In this document: piece after piece, positions 18,446 through 26,978 of the stretch
Layout: every line of letters starts with the position of its first letter
How positions within the stretch are numbered: the first letter of the stretch is position 1
Origin: an uncultured Candidatus Saccharibacteria bacterium
GTDB taxonomy: Bacteria > Patescibacteriota > Saccharimonadia > Saccharimonadales > JBBQAJ01
Reading direction: 5' to 3'
DNA: 64,000 bases
Assembly (NCBI GenBank): GCA_964593805.1
Contig: CAZQHP010000001.1
Coordinates: 453,283-517,282 of the forward strand
Position numbers and translations under genes: made by a program
Notes under the pieces: model-generated
Database searches by the model: none
What the model saw: the letters and a program-made list of their open reading frames with translations, nothing else
Told to the model about the DNA's origin: nothing

Positions 18446-18466
18446 CAAGTCCTTTCATCCGCACCA
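18446..18466 (+). repeat. 21-bp direct repeat of the tRNA-Leu 3' end (att-like)
   Basis: CAAGTCCTTTCATCCGCACCA is identical to 18284-18304. Confidence 0.85.
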
Positions 18467-18473
18467 CTAATTA

Positions 18474-18502
18474 TTGCCCAGTATTGACATAAGTGGTATA
18501 AT
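18474..18502 (+). promoter_or_regulatory. Promoter with extended -10 (TTGCCC-17-TGgTATAAT)
   Basis: -35 at 18474-18479, TG at 18494-18495, TATAAT at 18497-18502. Confidence 0.55.
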
Positions 18503-18508
18503 GTATCC

Positions 18509-18617
18509 TATGTTTGTAAGAACTAACCAGTCGCACGTACATATCCTGCCCCTACGAGCCGGTTAGTTTGCTATTTCTCTGAAATCCATTCGCCCCGGCA
18601 CGCCAGGGGCGTTTTTT
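18509..18617 (+). ncRNA. Candidate ~110-nt structured leader or small RNA ending in an intrinsic terminator
   Basis: It lies between the 18497 promoter and the terminator. An 8-bp stem (AACTAACC 18521-18528 / GGTTAGTT 18561-18568) encloses a C-rich loop. I recognise no known family. Confidence 0.4.
18591..18617 (+). terminator. Intrinsic terminator
   Basis: CGCCCCGG-cacg-CCaGGGGCG followed by TTTTTT. Confidence 0.7.
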
Positions 18618-18645
18618 GTAATTGGCAGTAATTTAAGGAGAATTT

Positions 18646-18888
18646 ATGGAAAATTTACCAAGTGATGAGTTTTTAAGTTGGGCGTCATTGTTTGCCGATC
18701 CGGACATAATCGGACCAGTTTTTGTGTTGCGTGACCAGCAGTGGCGCGTAGATATGCGCTCCAGAGTTGTTTTGAACGCCTTTAAAACTAGTCGATTAGG
18801 CTCCGTAGGCGTGCTAAAGCAGATAGAGGTTCCGTCTGTTATTGTGGCGGCAATGCAACTGGATTGCACTAAGTTAATTGAGCCATGA
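18646..18888 (+). CDS. Hypothetical small protein
   Basis: 80 aa. A strong SD (TAAGGAG) lies 8 nt upstream. It directly follows the terminator-containing leader. Confidence 0.45.
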   Translation: MENLPSDEFLSWASLFADPDIIGPVFVLRDQQWRVDMRSRVVLNAFKTSRLGSVGVLKQIEVPSVIVAAMQLDCTKLIEP

Positions 18889-18938
18889 ACTAGCAGTAAC
18901 AACGCTATTAAATAAGTAAGCTATAATGGAGAAAAGCT

Positions 18939-20180
18939 ATGGCACTTAGTACACAACCAGTTAAAGGGGCGCGGGATTTTTACCCGGAGGACATGCGGCT
19001 GCAGAAATACCTGCTTGGAGTTATGCGGTCTGTTTGCGAACGCTTTGGCTACGAAGAATACGATGCGCCCATACTGGAACCGACCGAACTGTACCTGAGC
19101 AAAGGCAACGAAGAAATCATCCAAAACCAAACCTACACGTTCAAAGACCGCGGCGACCGCAGCGTAACTTTGCGAACCGAAATGACGCCTTCCGTTAGCC
19201 GCATGGTGGCCGCCCGGCGCCAGGAAGCACCATACCCGTTGCGCTGGTACTCAATCCCGCAGTGTTGGCGCTATGAACGCATGCAGCGCGGCCGGGGCCG
19301 GGAATTTTACCAGTTAAACGTGGACGTTTTTGGTGTAACGGGTATTGAGGCGGACTTTGAAATGATCCAGGTGGCCGACGCTATCCTCAAGGCTTTTGGC
19401 GCCACGCCAGATATGTATGAAATACGTGTTAATTCTCGCAAAGAGCTAAATAAGCGCATTGATGCGGCTGGCGTGGAAACGTCGCAGGCGGAAGTAGTCC
19501 GGCTAATAGACAAATTTGAAAAGTTAGAACGAAATGAGTTCAGAAACATGCTGGAGGCTCAAGTAAAGGAGCCGGATAAGCTATTTGATTTCCTCCAGAG
19601 TGATGGCGCCAGTGCGGAACTAAAAGACCTGATGAAGTACGCCAAAAATGCCGGCATACGGGTAAAATATGTGCCAACAATTGCGCGGGGGTTTGATTAC
19701 TACACCGACATTGTTTTTGAAGTGTTTGATACTAACCCCCAGAACAGCCGCAGCATGTTTGGCGGCGGCCGCTACGACGGGCTGGTTAGTTTGTTTGGCG
19801 CGGAATCGCTTCCAGCCGCAGGCTTTGCCATGGGCGACATAACTCTCCAAAACTTTTTAGAAACACATGGCTTACTGCCGGAGCTGCGCACTGAAACCGA
19901 CTTGTACGCGATACTTATGGGCAACGTGTTTGAGGCGGCCCAAAAACCCATAGCTCAACTGAGGGAAATGGGTCTGCGAGTGGCGGTGGATACCACGGGT
20001 AGAAAAGCCGACAAACAGATCAAATCCGCGGTCAAAAAAGGCATCCGCTACGCCCTGTTCATAGGGGAAAAGGAACTCGCAGGAACACAATTTACGCTCA
20101 AAGATTTGCAGTCAGGTACCGAAGAAACACAAGGGCTGGAACGAATCGCCAGCGTTGTCAAAGATTATCGCAAAAAATGA
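18939..20180 (+). CDS. hisS: Histidyl-tRNA synthetase
   Basis: 413 aa. Has class II motifs (RYERMQRGRGREFYQ, GGGRYDGL) and a C-terminal anticodon-binding domain. Confidence 0.92.
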   Translation: MALSTQPVKGARDFYPEDMRLQKYLLGVMRSVCERFGYEEYDAPILEPTELYLSKGNEEIIQNQTYTFKDRGDRSVTLRTEMTPSVSRMVAARRQEAPYPLRWYSIPQCWRYERMQRGRGREFYQLNVDVFGVTGIEADFEMIQVADAILKAFGATPDMYEIRVNSRKELNKRIDAAGVETSQAEVVRLIDKFEKLERNEFRNMLEAQVKEPDKLFDFLQSDGASAELKDLMKYAKNAGIRVKYVPTIARGFDYYTDIVFEVFDTNPQNSRSMFGGGRYDGLVSLFGAESLPAAGFAMGDITLQNFLETHGLLPELRTETDLYAILMGNVFEAAQKPIAQLREMGLRVAVDTTGRKADKQIKSAVKKGIRYALFIGEKELAGTQFTLKDLQSGTEETQGLERIASVVKDYRKK

Positions 20181-20626
20181 CAGCAACTAATCACGCGCTT
20201 ACCGGAGCTGTGATTGGGCTCGTGGTCGGGCAGCCCCTAACAGCCGTACCAGCCGCCTTCTTGTCTCATTTTGTACTGGATGCCCTGCCGCACTTTGGCG
20301 ATGATAACCTGAAATTCACATCGAAAAAGTTCACCATCATTTTGGCAAGCGACATATTGTTGTGCGCATTGCTGGCGGCTGTGCTGGCACTAAAAGGTCC
20401 CGAGCATTATTACTTGGCTGCTTGGTGCGCGTTTTTTGCCACATCGCCAGACTTTATGTGGCTGCCTGATTTTATCCGGGCCAGAAAACATCACAAAAAA
20501 CTGGAAGCAAGAGGTTTTTTAGTTAGTTTTCATGGGCGCATACAATGGTTTCAGCGGCCAATTGGGGGCGTTGTAGAAGCCGCTTGGGCCGTCGGCATGG
20601 TGACCATACTGGCAAAACTCATTTGA
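20177..20626 (+). CDS. Hypothetical integral membrane protein
   Basis: 149 aa with 3-4 hydrophobic segments. It shows an HxxxD...H pattern (SHFVLDALPHFGD). ATGA overlap with hisS. Confidence 0.55.
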   Translation: MTATNHALTGAVIGLVVGQPLTAVPAAFLSHFVLDALPHFGDDNLKFTSKKFTIILASDILLCALLAAVLALKGPEHYYLAAWCAFFATSPDFMWLPDFIRARKHHKKLEARGFLVSFHGRIQWFQRPIGGVVEAAWAVGMVTILAKLI

Positions 20627-20646
20627 ATCTGTTAAAGTAGCTGCTT

Positions 20647-21927
20647 ATGCAAGTAAAAGTATCGCATCCTTCCACTACTGAAGCTATCATAACCATTGTC
20701 CCCAGCGATGATGAACTCAAGAACATCAAAGAACACGTATTGGGGCATTTTCAGGGCAGCGTCAAAGTTCCCGGGTTTCGCGAAGGCAAAATCCCGCTCA
20801 ATATTCTGGAAAAGAACATTGACCCGAGTAGTTTGCAAACCAAATTCTTAGAAGAAGCTATTGAGCAGCTGTATACCCAAGCCTTACAAGCGCAAAAACT
20901 GCGCCCGGTTAACCGGCCGGAAATAGCTGTCAAAAAGTTTGTGCCGTACGCAACGCTGGAATTTGAAGCCACCGTGCCGGTGGTGGGCGAAATCAAGCTG
21001 GCCGATTATAAAAAAGTCAAAAAGCCCAGGCCCAAAGTCACTCTGACCGCCAAAGACGTAGACGAAGTTATTGCTTCGCTGCGTACCCGTGCGGCCGAAA
21101 AAGCAGACGTGGACCGGGCAGCCGTAAACGGCGACCAAGTTTACATAGACTTCAAAGGAGTTGATGCCAAAGGCAAGCCGGTAAACGGCGCTGACGGCAA
21201 AGATTACCCGCTTCTGCTCGGCAGCAAGGCGTTTATACCCGGTTTTGAAGAAAACCTGGTGGGGCTCAAGGCAAACGATGAAAAAACCTTTACTCTGAAA
21301 TTCCCCAAAGATTACGGAGTGAAAGCACTGGCCGGCAAAAACGTAACTTTTACAGTCAGCGTTACAAAAGTCCAGGAGGTCAAAGAGCCCAAAGTTGACG
21401 ACGAATTCGCTGCCAAAGTCGGCCCTTTCAAAACAGTCGCAGAGCTAAAGGCCGACATCAAAAAACAACTGGCGGTGGAGCGCCAGCAGCAAGCCGACCG
21501 AGCCTATGAAAACGAACTAATCCAGGAAATCAGCAGTAAAAGCACCGTAGACGTGCCTAAAGTCCTGGTAGATGATCAGATTGAGCGCATGGAGCAAGAA
21601 GAGCGCCAAAACCTAACCTATCGCGGCCAAACTTGGCAGGAACATCTGGCTGAAGAGGGCGTGGACGAAAAACAGCACAAAGAGCAAAAGCGGCCTCAAG
21701 CCGAGGAGCGCATCAAAGCTAGCCTAGTGATGGCCGAGATTGCCGAACAGGAAGGCTTGGAGGTTACGCCAGAGGAACTGGACATACGTATGCAGCTGCT
21801 AAGGGGGCAATACCAAGACGCCGTCATGCAGGCCGAACTGGACAAACCGGAAGCCCGCCGCGACATTGCCGGCCGCATCCTGACTGAAAAGACGTTGGAA
21901 AAAGTAGTCGGATACGCTTCAAAATAG
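20647..21927 (+). CDS. tig: Trigger factor
   Basis: 426 aa. Has a ribosome-binding N-terminal domain (GFREGKIP), an FKBP-type middle domain and a C-terminal arm. Confidence 0.9.
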   Translation: MQVKVSHPSTTEAIITIVPSDDELKNIKEHVLGHFQGSVKVPGFREGKIPLNILEKNIDPSSLQTKFLEEAIEQLYTQALQAQKLRPVNRPEIAVKKFVPYATLEFEATVPVVGEIKLADYKKVKKPRPKVTLTAKDVDEVIASLRTRAAEKADVDRAAVNGDQVYIDFKGVDAKGKPVNGADGKDYPLLLGSKAFIPGFEENLVGLKANDEKTFTLKFPKDYGVKALAGKNVTFTVSVTKVQEVKEPKVDDEFAAKVGPFKTVAELKADIKKQLAVERQQQADRAYENELIQEISSKSTVDVPKVLVDDQIERMEQEERQNLTYRGQTWQEHLAEEGVDEKQHKEQKRPQAEERIKASLVMAEIAEQEGLEVTPEELDIRMQLLRGQYQDAVMQAELDKPEARRDIAGRILTEKTLEKVVGYASK

Positions 21928-22245
21928 ATGCCAGGCATTGAATCCGGTCATGAGGGCGGAAAGGTTTATAGTTTGTTCCCGCCGGAACAAAACACTGGCT
22001 CTGCGATGGACGACATTATTGACCAAGAGCAGGCCCTGGGCAGCGTAAGAAAATTGCACGCCGAAAAGCCGAAACTCGGTTCACTGCTGGCGCTTATTTT
22101 GGCAAGCGACATGTCAAACGACGCAGTAACTGAGCTGGTTGAAGATGTTGCCAACGACGTGGTAAGCACGCGCGAACTCAGGCAAGAATTGTTGGGCAAA
22201 ATGCGCCAAAAGCCCAAACGAAGCACCTCGGACCCAATCGGGTAA
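21928..22245 (+). CDS. Hypothetical protein (start uncertain)
   Basis: 105-aa ORF abutting the tig stop. I see no motif. The internal MDDIIDQ is an alternative start. Confidence 0.3.
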   Translation: MPGIESGHEGGKVYSLFPPEQNTGSAMDDIIDQEQALGSVRKLHAEKPKLGSLLALILASDMSNDAVTELVEDVANDVVSTRELRQELLGKMRQKPKRSTSDPIG

Positions 22246-22260
22246 CTTTGAACCGGTAAG

Positions 22261-22289
22261 TTTACAAAAGTTACCAAGTATGTTAATAT
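22261..22289 (+). promoter_or_regulatory. Promoter TTTACA-17-TGtTAATAT, 8 nt before the ATG at 22298
   Basis: -35 at 22261-22266 and -10 at 22284-22289. No SD is present. Confidence 0.5.
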
Positions 22290-22297
22290 AAATTTAT

Positions 22298-22525
22298 ATG
22301 AGAATTAGACCAGAGAACCCCGTTGAAGTTTCTAGGGATAAAAAATTGCTGCTGGCATTAGGTGCGGTGGGAGTAGGTACTATTGGGGCGGAACTAGCCG
22401 TGATCGGACTAGCCGGTGCAAATCTCGCGCCTGTTGCCCTGGGCATAGGAGCGGGGGTGCTGGTGGTTAGCGGTATTATTGTTGATAGAATTCATCAGAA
22501 TTTCCAAAACACAGAGAATAATTAG
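22298..22525 (+). CDS. Hypothetical small membrane protein
   Basis: 75 aa. Has two G/A/V-rich hydrophobic segments (LLLALGAVGVGTIGAELAVIGLAG, ALGIGAGVLVVSGIIV). Confidence 0.5.
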   Translation: MRIRPENPVEVSRDKKLLLALGAVGVGTIGAELAVIGLAGANLAPVALGIGAGVLVVSGIIVDRIHQNFQNTENN

Positions 22526-22559
22526 CACTCTTGACTTGCGAGTGCTAATTTTTTATACT
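22522..22559 (+). promoter_or_regulatory. CIRCE operator (HrcA site) overlapping the clpP promoter
   Basis: TTAGCACTC-ttgacttgc-GAGTGCTAA (22522-22548) is a perfect consensus match. TTGACT lies in the spacer, and TATACT at 22554-22559 follows a 17-nt spacing. Confidence 0.85.
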
Positions 22560-22585
22560 GAGTTTGCGTAAACAAAGGGTTATGT

Positions 22586-23179
22586 ATGCCGCTTATTCCA
22601 ACAGTTATTGAAAGTGAAGGCCGCTACGAGCGAGCTTATGACATATATTCACGTTTGCTAAAAGACCGGATTATATTTTTGGGCGAACAAGTAGACCAAC
22701 ACACTGCTAACCTCATTGTTGCCCAGCTTTTGTTCTTGCAATCTGAAGACGCCAAAAAAGACATATATCTGTACATCAATAGCCCCGGCGGCAGCGTCTA
22801 CGATGCCCTGGCAATTTATGACACCATGCAGTACGTCAAAAACGACATCCAAACCGTAGGCATTGGCGTGCAAGCATCAGCCGCCGCTTTTCTTCTCAGT
22901 TCTGGTACCAAAGGCAAGCGTTTCATACTGCCAAATGCCACTGTCATGATTCACCAGCCATCATCCGGAACTCGCGGTAAAGTAACCGACCAAGAAATTG
23001 ATTTACGCGAATCTTTACGATTAAAGAAACTGCTAGAAGCAATCATGGCCAAAAACACCGGCCAAAAGGCTGCCAGAATTCATGAAGACATGGAGCGTGA
23101 CCGCTGGATGGACGCCGCCGAGGCCCAAAAATACGGCCTGATAGACAAAGTTATCAGCAGCTTGCCCAAAAGTGCTTGA
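22586..23179 (+). CDS. clpP: ATP-dependent Clp protease proteolytic subunit
   Basis: 197 aa. Has the ClpP fold with catalytic Ser in [11 protein letters not shown] and His in MIHQP. Confidence 0.93.
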   Translation: MPLIPTVIESEGRYERAYDIYSRLLKDRIIFLGEQVDQHTANLIVAQLLFLQSEDAKKDIYLYINSPGGSVYDALAIYDTMQYVKNDIQTVGIGVQASAAAFLLSSGTKGKRFILPNATVMIHQPSSGTRGKVTDQEIDLRESLRLKKLLEAIMAKNTGQKAARIHEDMERDRWMDAAEAQKYGLIDKVISSLPKSA

Positions 23180-23309
23180 CATATAAAAAAGAATCCCTCA
23201 CACTATCACCTAAGAAGTAGTGTTTGACGGGCAGTGCTGTATTTACCAAAATACACACCCAAAATATCCCGAATAGTTATCTTCGCGCGAAAATTACAAC
23301 AATATGAGT

Positions 23310-23354
23310 GACGGCTTATTATCTAATTGTCCCGCAGATGCGGGACTAGCCGTC
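23310..23354 (+). promoter_or_regulatory. Structured element in the rpoB leader
   Basis: The outer stem is GACGGCT/AGCCGTC. The inner stem is a perfect GTCCCGC-agat-GCGGGAC. It ends 40 nt before the rpoB ATG. Confidence 0.4.
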
Positions 23355-23393
23355 CATCCTCACCAGTAATCTAACCAAGGAGCAGAACACTAT

Positions 23394-26300
23394 ATGGCAA
23401 AAGCCACCACCGCCCCTCACAAGACCAAACAAACACGTACGTATTTTACAAAAAACGATGATGCCCTTGACCTGCCAAACCTGGTAGACCACCAAAACCG
23501 TTCTTTCCAATGGTTCGTAGAAGAAGGCCTGGGAGAGTTATTGGCAGAAATCAGCCCTATAGACGACTATACGGGCACCAAATTATCACTTAGTTTCAAA
23601 GATTACCGTTTTGAAGCTCCCAAAATGAGCGAAGCCGACGCTCGTGAAAACAACGTCAGTTTTGAAGCGCCCTTGAAGGCTACCGTGGAACTGACCAATA
23701 AAATTACCGGAGAAATCAAAGACCAGGAAATTTACCTGGGCGACTACCCTTGGATGACTACCAGGGGTACTTTTGTAATAAACGGCGCCGAACGCGTGGT
23801 GGTTTCTCAGTTGATTCGTTCTGCCGGCGTGTTTTTTACAGCCGATGCGCACGGAACTCACAGCAATTACGGCGCCAAAGTTATCCCTGGGCGCGGTGCC
23901 TGGCTGGAATTTGAAACCGCCGCCAGCGGCGCTTTGTATGTCAAAATTGATCGCAAGCGCAAAATTGCCGTCACTACTCTGTTGCGCGCGCTGGGCATGA
24001 ACGAAGCCAGCATGAAAGACGCTTTCAAGCACGTCGATCAAGGCAAAACCAACTATCTGGACATAACACTAGAAAAAGACCCTACCAAAGGCAACAACGA
24101 AGCTTTGATTGAAGTTTATCGCCGTCTTCGCCCCGGAGACCTGGCAACGGTGGACAACGCCCGCGGCTTGATAGAAAACATGTTTTACAATTTCAAACGC
24201 TTTGACTTTTCCCGCGTGGGCCGCTACAAAATCAACAAGCGCCTCAACTTGGACATAGCCAACACTGCCGAAAACCGGATCATGCGTTTGGAAGATTTGA
24301 TTGCTATCGTGGCGGAGATTATTCGGCTAAACAACACCCAAGATCCAATTGACGACATCGACAGCCTGGCCAACCGCCGCGTCAAATTAGTTGGCGAACT
24401 GGTCCAGCGCCAGTTCCGGATTGGCCTGCTGCGCATGGAGCGCAACACCAAAGACCGCATGAGCATGAGCGAAATAGAAACCGTTACCCCGGCGCAGCTT
24501 ATCAATGCCCGCCCAGTCGTGGCGGCTGTCCGCGAGTTTTTTGCCAGCAGCCAGCTGTCACAGTTTATGGACCAGATTAACCCGCTTTCAGAATTAGCGC
24601 ACAAACGCCGCTTGAGCTCTATGGGCCCAGGCGGCCTTTCAAGAGAAAGGGCTGGTTTTGAAGTCCGCGACGCCCATGCCACGCACTACGGGCGCATCTG
24701 CGCCGTGGAAACCCCCGAAGGCGCCAATATCGGCCTGGTTCTAAATCTTGCCTCCTACGCCAGAATCAATGACTACGGTTTTATTGAAACTCCCTACCGC
24801 AAGGTAATTAACGCTGTCACAGCCAAACAGGCTGTCGGCCACATTGCCAGCGTTAATTTAGAAAATGAAAAAGGCACGGTTATTGTCAAGGCAGGAGCCA
24901 AAATCACAGCTGCCGCTGCCAAAAAACTAGCAGCCGTAAAAAACCAAGTTACCTGGCCGGTCAAAGCCATTGTGACCACAGAAGTTATATATCTTGACGC
25001 CAGCGAAGAAAGCAGTGCGGTTATTGCCAGTGCCGGAGAAGAAACTACCGCCGACGGCTTTTTTGTGAACGAACGCGTTAGCGCCCGCTCAAACTTGATG
25101 GCTGGCGAAGTAGATGCCAATGACGTCACTCACATGGATGCTTCACGCAAGCAAATTATTGGTTCCAGCGCCGGCCTGATTCCGTTTATTGAAAAGAACT
25201 ACGTTTACCGCTCGCTGATGGGCAGCAACCAGCAGCGCCAGGCCGTGCCGTTAGTGCGCCCCCAGGCGCCTATAATTGGTACCGGCATGGAAGCGCCAGC
25301 CGCCCGTAACACTGGCCAGCTGACAGTGGCTGAAGCCGACGGTCAGGTTATCAAAGCCACGGCCGACGAAGTCGTTGTGAAATACAAAACTAGCACCATA
25401 ACCTACAACCCGCTGCATTTTATTCGCAGCAACGAAGGTACCAGCATCAACCAAAAAGTCGTAGTGAGTTCCGGCGACAAAGTCAAAGCCGGCGACCCGT
25501 TGGTAGAGGGCATGTCTATTGCCGGCGGCGAACTAGCGCTTGGCAAAGATTTGATAGTGGCGTTTATGCCATGGAGCGGCTACAACTTTGAAGACGCTAT
25601 CATAATCAGCCGCAAGCTGGTGGAAGATGACACCCTAACCTCAATTCACATTGTTGATTACATGGTTGAAGTCCGCGAAACCAAACTGGGCCCGGAAATC
25701 GTAACCCGCGACATCCCGAATGTGTCAGAAGAAGCCCTGCGCCATCTGGACGACGACGGAATTGTGCGCATTGGCGCCGAAGTCCACCCCGGCGACATAT
25801 TGGTTGGAAAAATCACGCCTAAAGGCGAACAAGAACTTTCCAGTGAAGAGCGGCTTTTGCGCGCCATCTTTGGCGAAAAAGCCAAAGAAGTCCGCGACAC
25901 GTCCCAACGCATGAGCAACGGCAAACACGGCAAAGTGGTTGGCGTGAAAGTGTTTTCACGCGCCAACGGCCACGAACTGAAAGCCGGCGTACTGATGCAA
26001 ATTCAGGTTTTTGTAGCCCAAATGCGCAAAATCAGCGTGGGCGACAAACTGGGCGGCCGGCACGGCAACAAGGGCGTGATAGCCCGGATTTTGCCAATTG
26101 AAGACATGCCGTTTATGGCTGACGGCACGCCTGTAGACATTATTTTGAACCCATTGGGCGTCCCATCACGTATGAACATTGGCCAGCTTTTTGAAACCCA
26201 CCTGGGCATGGCGGCCAGAGCCCTTGGCTTGACTATTGCCAGCCCGGCTTTTGACGGCGTCAGCCCAACCAAAATCCGCGAACTGCTTAAACAGGCTGGT

Positions 26301-26978
26301 TTCCCGGAAGACGGCAAACAGCAGCTGTTTGACGGCCGCACCGGCGAATCTTTCAAAGAACTTACCACCGTGGGCTCTATGTACATGATCAAGCTGAACC
26401 ACATGATTGCCGACAAAATCCACGCCCGCTCCACCGGCCCTTACACCATGGTTACCCAACAGCCGCTGGGCGGCAAAGCCCAAAACGGCGGCCAGCGCTT
26501 TGGCGAAATGGAAGTCTGGGCGCTAGAAGCCTATGGCGCCTCCAACACCCTGCAGGAAATGCTGACCATCAAATCAGACGATGTCTATGGCCGTTCCAAG
26601 GCATACGAAGCCATCATAAAAGGCACCGAGATTGTTGGGCCAAAAGTCCCAGAAAGTTTCAACGTGCTGGTAAAAGAATTGCAAGGTTTGGGTCTCAAAA
26701 TTGACTTGGTGGCTCAAAGCAAACTGGTTGACGCCGAAGAAGTACTGGCCGAAAACATCAAAGACGAAGCCGCTCATTTGCCTGAAATTGACGTTCCCGA
26801 ACCAAGCATTTCCGACGTCGATGTTTCTGAAGATGCCGCTACGCTGGATGAATTCGTGGTCATGGAATTAGATGACGATATTCCGGCCACTACCGTGATT
26901 ACCGACGACGTTACTTTGGCTGATGATGACAACACTACGGCGCCCGTTATCGCCGATGACCAAGAGGAGGAGGCGTAA
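23394..26978 (+). CDS. rpoB: DNA-directed RNA polymerase subunit beta
   Basis: 1194 aa with conserved beta-subunit blocks (GPGGLSRERA, NMQRQAVP-like SNQQRQAVP, GEMEVWALEAYGA). Confidence 0.97.
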   Translation: MAKATTAPHKTKQTRTYFTKNDDALDLPNLVDHQNRSFQWFVEEGLGELLAEISPIDDYTGTKLSLSFKDYRFEAPKMSEADARENNVSFEAPLKATVELTNKITGEIKDQEIYLGDYPWMTTRGTFVINGAERVVVSQLIRSAGVFFTADAHGTHSNYGAKVIPGRGAWLEFETAASGALYVKIDRKRKIAVTTLLRALGMNEASMKDAFKHVDQGKTNYLDITLEKDPTKGNNEALIEVYRRLRPGDLATVDNARGLIENMFYNFKRFDFSRVGRYKINKRLNLDIANTAENRIMRLEDLIAIVAEIIRLNNTQDPIDDIDSLANRRVKLVGELVQRQFRIGLLRMERNTKDRMSMSEIETVTPAQLINARPVVAAVREFFASSQLSQFMDQINPLSELAHKRRLSSMGPGGLSRERAGFEVRDAHATHYGRICAVETPEGANIGLVLNLASYARINDYGFIETPYRKVINAVTAKQAVGHIASVNLENEKGTVIVKAGAKITAAAAKKLAAVKNQVTWPVKAIVTTEVIYLDASEESSAVIASAGEETTADGFFVNERVSARSNLMAGEVDANDVTHMDASRKQIIGSSAGLIPFIEKNYVYRSLMGSNQQRQAVPLVRPQAPIIGTGMEAPAARNTGQLTVAEADGQVIKATADEVVVKYKTSTITYNPLHFIRSNEGTSINQKVVVSSGDKVKAGDPLVEGMSIAGGELALGKDLIVAFMPWSGYNFEDAIIISRKLVEDDTLTSIHIVDYMVEVRETKLGPEIVTRDIPNVSEEALRHLDDDGIVRIGAEVHPGDILVGKITPKGEQELSSEERLLRAIFGEKAKEVRDTSQRMSNGKHGKVVGVKVFSRANGHELKAGVLMQIQVFVAQMRKISVGDKLGGRHGNKGVIARILPIEDMPFMADGTPVDIILNPLGVPSRMNIGQLFETHLGMAARALGLTIASPAFDGVSPTKIRELLKQAGFPEDGKQQLFDGRTGESFKELTTVGSMYMIKLNHMIADKIHARSTGPYTMVTQQPLGGKAQNGGQRFGEMEVWALEAYGASNTLQEMLTIKSDDVYGRSKAYEAIIKGTEIVGPKVPESFNVLVKELQGLGLKIDLVAQSKLVDAEEVLAENIKDEAAHLPEIDVPEPSISDVDVSEDAATLDEFVVMELDDDIPATTVITDDVTLADDDNTTAPVIADDQEEEA

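Noticed and set aside
18503-18617. The idea that the small structured RNA upstream of hisS is an SRP (4.5S) RNA or a T-box leader.
   Set aside because: It has no helix-8 GGAA/AGCA motifs and no T-box 14-mer or specifier-loop features. It is also much shorter than T-box leaders. I kept it only as an unclassified candidate.
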